From Candidatus Spongiisociaceae bacterium (lineage in GTDB: Bacteria; Actinomycetota; Acidimicrobiia; Spongiisociales; Spongiisociaceae): a stretch of 64,000 bases of DNA. Shown here piece after piece: positions 61,509-64,000 of the stretch. The position numbers were made by a program, and so were the translations under genes. The stretch spans positions 3,648,001 to 3,712,000 of the forward strand of contig CBDCOH010000002.1 of assembly GCA_965219685.1 (NCBI GenBank), given 5' to 3'. The notes under the pieces are model-generated. The model was not told where the DNA came from, ran no database searches, and was given only the letters and a program-made list of their open reading frames with translations. The first letter of the stretch is position 1. Every line of letters begins with the position of its first letter.

Positions 61509-62381
61509 ATGGTCGGACCGGACGAGAGCCGATTTAGGCGGATGCTCCGCGGCGGCCCCGCCGATCGAGTTCTCGCCTGGATACGGAGGCCGGGTCGTTC
61601 CAGCCGGGTTGTGCGGGCACTGTTCGTGCCGGCGTTGTTGCTGGTGATCTGGGCCGCCATCACCAACCTCGGTCTCGTCAAGCCCATCCTCCTTCCGACA
61701 CCCCAGAAGCTCTTCTCGGTGTGGTGGGCGATCGGGGACCTGATTCCCGCGGCTTTCTGGATCACTTTGCAGATGGTGCTGACCGGCATCGTCGTCGGTG
61801 GGTTGGCGGGACTCGGTTTCGGGCTCGTGTTCGGATACAGCCGATGGGCAAGGGACCTGCTGGAGTTCTCCTTCGATGGATTGCGAGTGGTCCCGATCTT
61901 TGCCCTGATCCCCCTGTTCCTGCTCTGGTTCGGGATCGGGATGCGGCCCCAGATCGCCCTCGTGACCCTGGGTGTGATGCTGATCCTCACCATCCAGACC
62001 ACTGAGGCGGTTCGCAACGTGCTGCACATACATGTGCAGGCCGCCCTTACGGCGGGGGCGTCCCGGTTCCACATCTACCGCACGGTGGTCGTGCCGTCGA
62101 TCATCCCCCACATACTGGCCGGATTGCGCCTGGCGGTGATGGCCGCGTGGGGACTCGACGTGGCCGCCGAGTTCATGGGGTCGGTCCAGGGCCTCGGCTT
62201 CCTGATGCTCGCCGGGCTGGTCAACCTCGACTCCGCCCGCATCATTGCCATGGTGATCCTCTTCGCGCTGCTGGCCATAGGTTCCGACTTCCTGCTGAGA
62301 GCGTTGATCAAGCGAACCCTGAGGTGGGCGCAGCGATCCACCGGCGGCGGCCTGGTGGCGGAAGTGCTAGGTACGAGGTGA
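61509..62381 (+). CDS. ABC permease (SsuC/TauC-like) 1
   Basis: LPTP, R.VP..AL.PLF.LWFG.G, AA.T.GAS, VAAE. Confidence 0.9.
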   Translation: MVGPDESRFRRMLRGGPADRVLAWIRRPGRSSRVVRALFVPALLLVIWAAITNLGLVKPILLPTPQKLFSVWWAIGDLIPAAFWITLQMVLTGIVVGGLAGLGFGLVFGYSRWARDLLEFSFDGLRVVPIFALIPLFLLWFGIGMRPQIALVTLGVMLILTIQTTEAVRNVLHIHVQAALTAGASRFHIYRTVVVPSIIPHILAGLRLAVMAAWGLDVAAEFMGSVQGLGFLMLAGLVNLDSARIIAMVILFALLAIGSDFLLRALIKRTLRWAQRSTGGGLVAEVLGTR

Positions 62382-62388
62382 CAGGCCC

Positions 62389-63288
62389 ATGAGACTGAAA
62401 CGTCGGCGCAACAGGGCGGCCCGTCCCGGGATGGTGCTGGGTGACCAGCGGGTCTTGGGCGGCACCCGCTTGCGTTCGGTCGTCCGGGCCCTGCTCGTCC
62501 CGCTCGGTGTGCTGCTGATCTGGTACGCGGTCACCAACGCCGGGTGGATAGGTCCCGAGTACCTGCCGCCCCCGCAGAGGCTCGTCGAAGTCTTCAGTAC
62601 CGGGTTCCACTACCTGGCCGGCAAGAGAGTTCCCTTCGCCGACGGCGTCTACGACGCGACCTGGATCAGCACCCGGATGGTGCTGCTCGGGTTGGCGATC
62701 GGCACCCCTCCGGGCCTGCTGGTAGGGCTCGCCTTCGGTTACAGCCGCCTGATGCGCGACCTTCTGGAGTTCACTCTGGATGCCATCCGTCCCACTCCCC
62801 TGCTGGCGCTGCTCCCACTGTTCCTGCTGTGGTTCGGCTCCGACCCTTCGACCGGTGTGGCTCTGATCGCCTTCGGGGTGTTCCTGATCCTCACGATCCA
62901 GGTCACCGAGGCGGTCCGCAACGTCCCCCACATCTACGTGAGAGCCTCCCTGACCGCGGGCGCCTCGCGGTTCCACATCTACCGGACGGTGGTGGTTCCC
63001 GCCATCCTGCCGCACATGATGGCCGGCTTCCGGCTGGCGGTGGTGGTGTCCTGGGGCCTGGTGGTGGCGGCAGAGTTCATGGGCGCCGGTGTCGGGCTTG
63101 GATGGTTGATGATCGGCCGGAGCCGGTACCTGGACAACGCCGGGATACTCGTGATCGTCTTCATCTTTGCGGCGCTGGCGATACTGAGCGACTTCCTTCT
63201 GCGCGCCGCCGCCAAGCGCTTCACCCGTTGGAGTCCCAGAGCCACAGGATCCGTCAGCATGGTCGGTGAGATGCTCGGCTCGCGATGA
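62389..63288 (+). CDS. ABC permease (SsuC/TauC-like) 2
   Basis: Paralog of the preceding gene with the same motifs. Confidence 0.9.
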   Translation: MRLKRRRNRAARPGMVLGDQRVLGGTRLRSVVRALLVPLGVLLIWYAVTNAGWIGPEYLPPPQRLVEVFSTGFHYLAGKRVPFADGVYDATWISTRMVLLGLAIGTPPGLLVGLAFGYSRLMRDLLEFTLDAIRPTPLLALLPLFLLWFGSDPSTGVALIAFGVFLILTIQVTEAVRNVPHIYVRASLTAGASRFHIYRTVVVPAILPHMMAGFRLAVVVSWGLVVAAEFMGAGVGLGWLMIGRSRYLDNAGILVIVFIFAALAILSDFLLRAAAKRFTRWSPRATGSVSMVGEMLGSR

Positions 63289-63327
63289 GGGCAGCGTCAA
63301 ACCCGGAGTCACGTCTAGAGGAGTGGG

Positions 63328-64000
63328 TTGGCGTTGGGTAGCCGCGTGGGGGCCGATGTCGGCGGCACGTTCACCGATGTGATCGTCGAGGGACCCGACG
63401 GCCGTACCACCACGCTCAAGGTACTGTCCACGCCCCCCTCGTACGACAAGGCGGTCACCGTCGCCATAGACGCCTTGCTGGGGGACTCGCATGGCTCGGC
63501 CCTCCGGCCGGTGCAGGAGGTCGTCCACGGGACAACCGTCGCCACGAATGCCATCCTGGAGCGAAGGGGTGCCCACATGGCACTGGTCACCACCGAGGGT
63601 TTCCGTGACGTGCTGGAACTGCGCCGGGTCCGGATGCCACACCTCTACAACCCGTTCTGGCGCAAGCCGCCGCCGATTGTCGAGCGCCGTCTCCGGTTCG
63701 AGATCGGCGAACGGATGCTGGCCGACGGGACGGCCCACCGCCCGGTCGATGAGGAAGAAGTGGCCCATGTGGCCGCCCGGCTGCGAGACGAGCAGGTAGA
63801 GGCGGTGGCGGTGTGCCTGCTTCACGCCCACAAGCACCCGGCCCACGAGGAACAGGTGGCCCGGATACTCAGGCGCGAGCTTCCCGGTATCCATGTCGTG
63901 CTGTCCAGCGAGGTCCTGCGGGAGCAGAACGAGTACGAGCGGTCGGCGACCACAGCCCTCAACGCCTACGTCATCCCGATCATGGGTTCCTACGTGCGCG
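63328..64000 (+). CDS. Hydantoinase A/5-oxoprolinase family protein (runs off the window)
   Basis: Translated by hand: ADVGGTFTD, KVLSTP, HGTTVATNAILE, T.GFRD, HE, EYER..T...NAY. Not in the ORF track. Confidence 0.9.
   Translation, partial: MALGSRVGADVGGTFTDVIVEGPDGRTTTLKVLSTPPSYDKAVTVAIDALLGDSHGSALRPVQEVVHGTTVATNAILERRGAHMALVTTEGFRDVLELRRVRMPHLYNPFWRKPPPIVERRLRFEIGERMLADGTAHRPVDEEEVAHVAARLRDEQVEAVAVCLLHAHKHPAHEEQVARILRRELPGIHVVLSSEVLREQNEYERSATTALNAYVIPIMGSYVR

Overview
High-GC bacterial window, probably actinobacterial and possibly Acidimicrobiia (inferred from lipoprotein style, leaderless promoters and an IS6110-like element). It is mostly catabolic genes: four CocE/NonD hydrolases, three phosphotriesterase-family proteins, four SDRs, two enolase-superfamily enzymes, PLP enzymes, a P450, a dimethylformamidase-like protein, a hydantoinase A and two ABC systems. 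Small accessory cassettes sit between these blocks: RelBE, HigBA, HicBA, an orphan antitoxin, an NYN pseudogene, an AlbA/ATPase protein and an AAA-DUF4143 protein. One IS3-family element is present. The strongest unexplained signal is a family of 7-bp-period arrays (TGARTGG, general form NNTNGTG) that start at gene 3' ends and always lie G-rich on the coding strand. In four genes the array supplies the stop codon. Two loci 36 kb apart share a composite structure (array + ~30-bp core + inverted array) spanning stop codon to stop codon. One degenerate array follows a displaced, synonymously recoded copy of an SDR 3' end. A ~1580-aa secreted 5'-nucleotidase-LysM-M16 peptidase fusion is also unusual. 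All calls are from motif reading only; no database searches were run.
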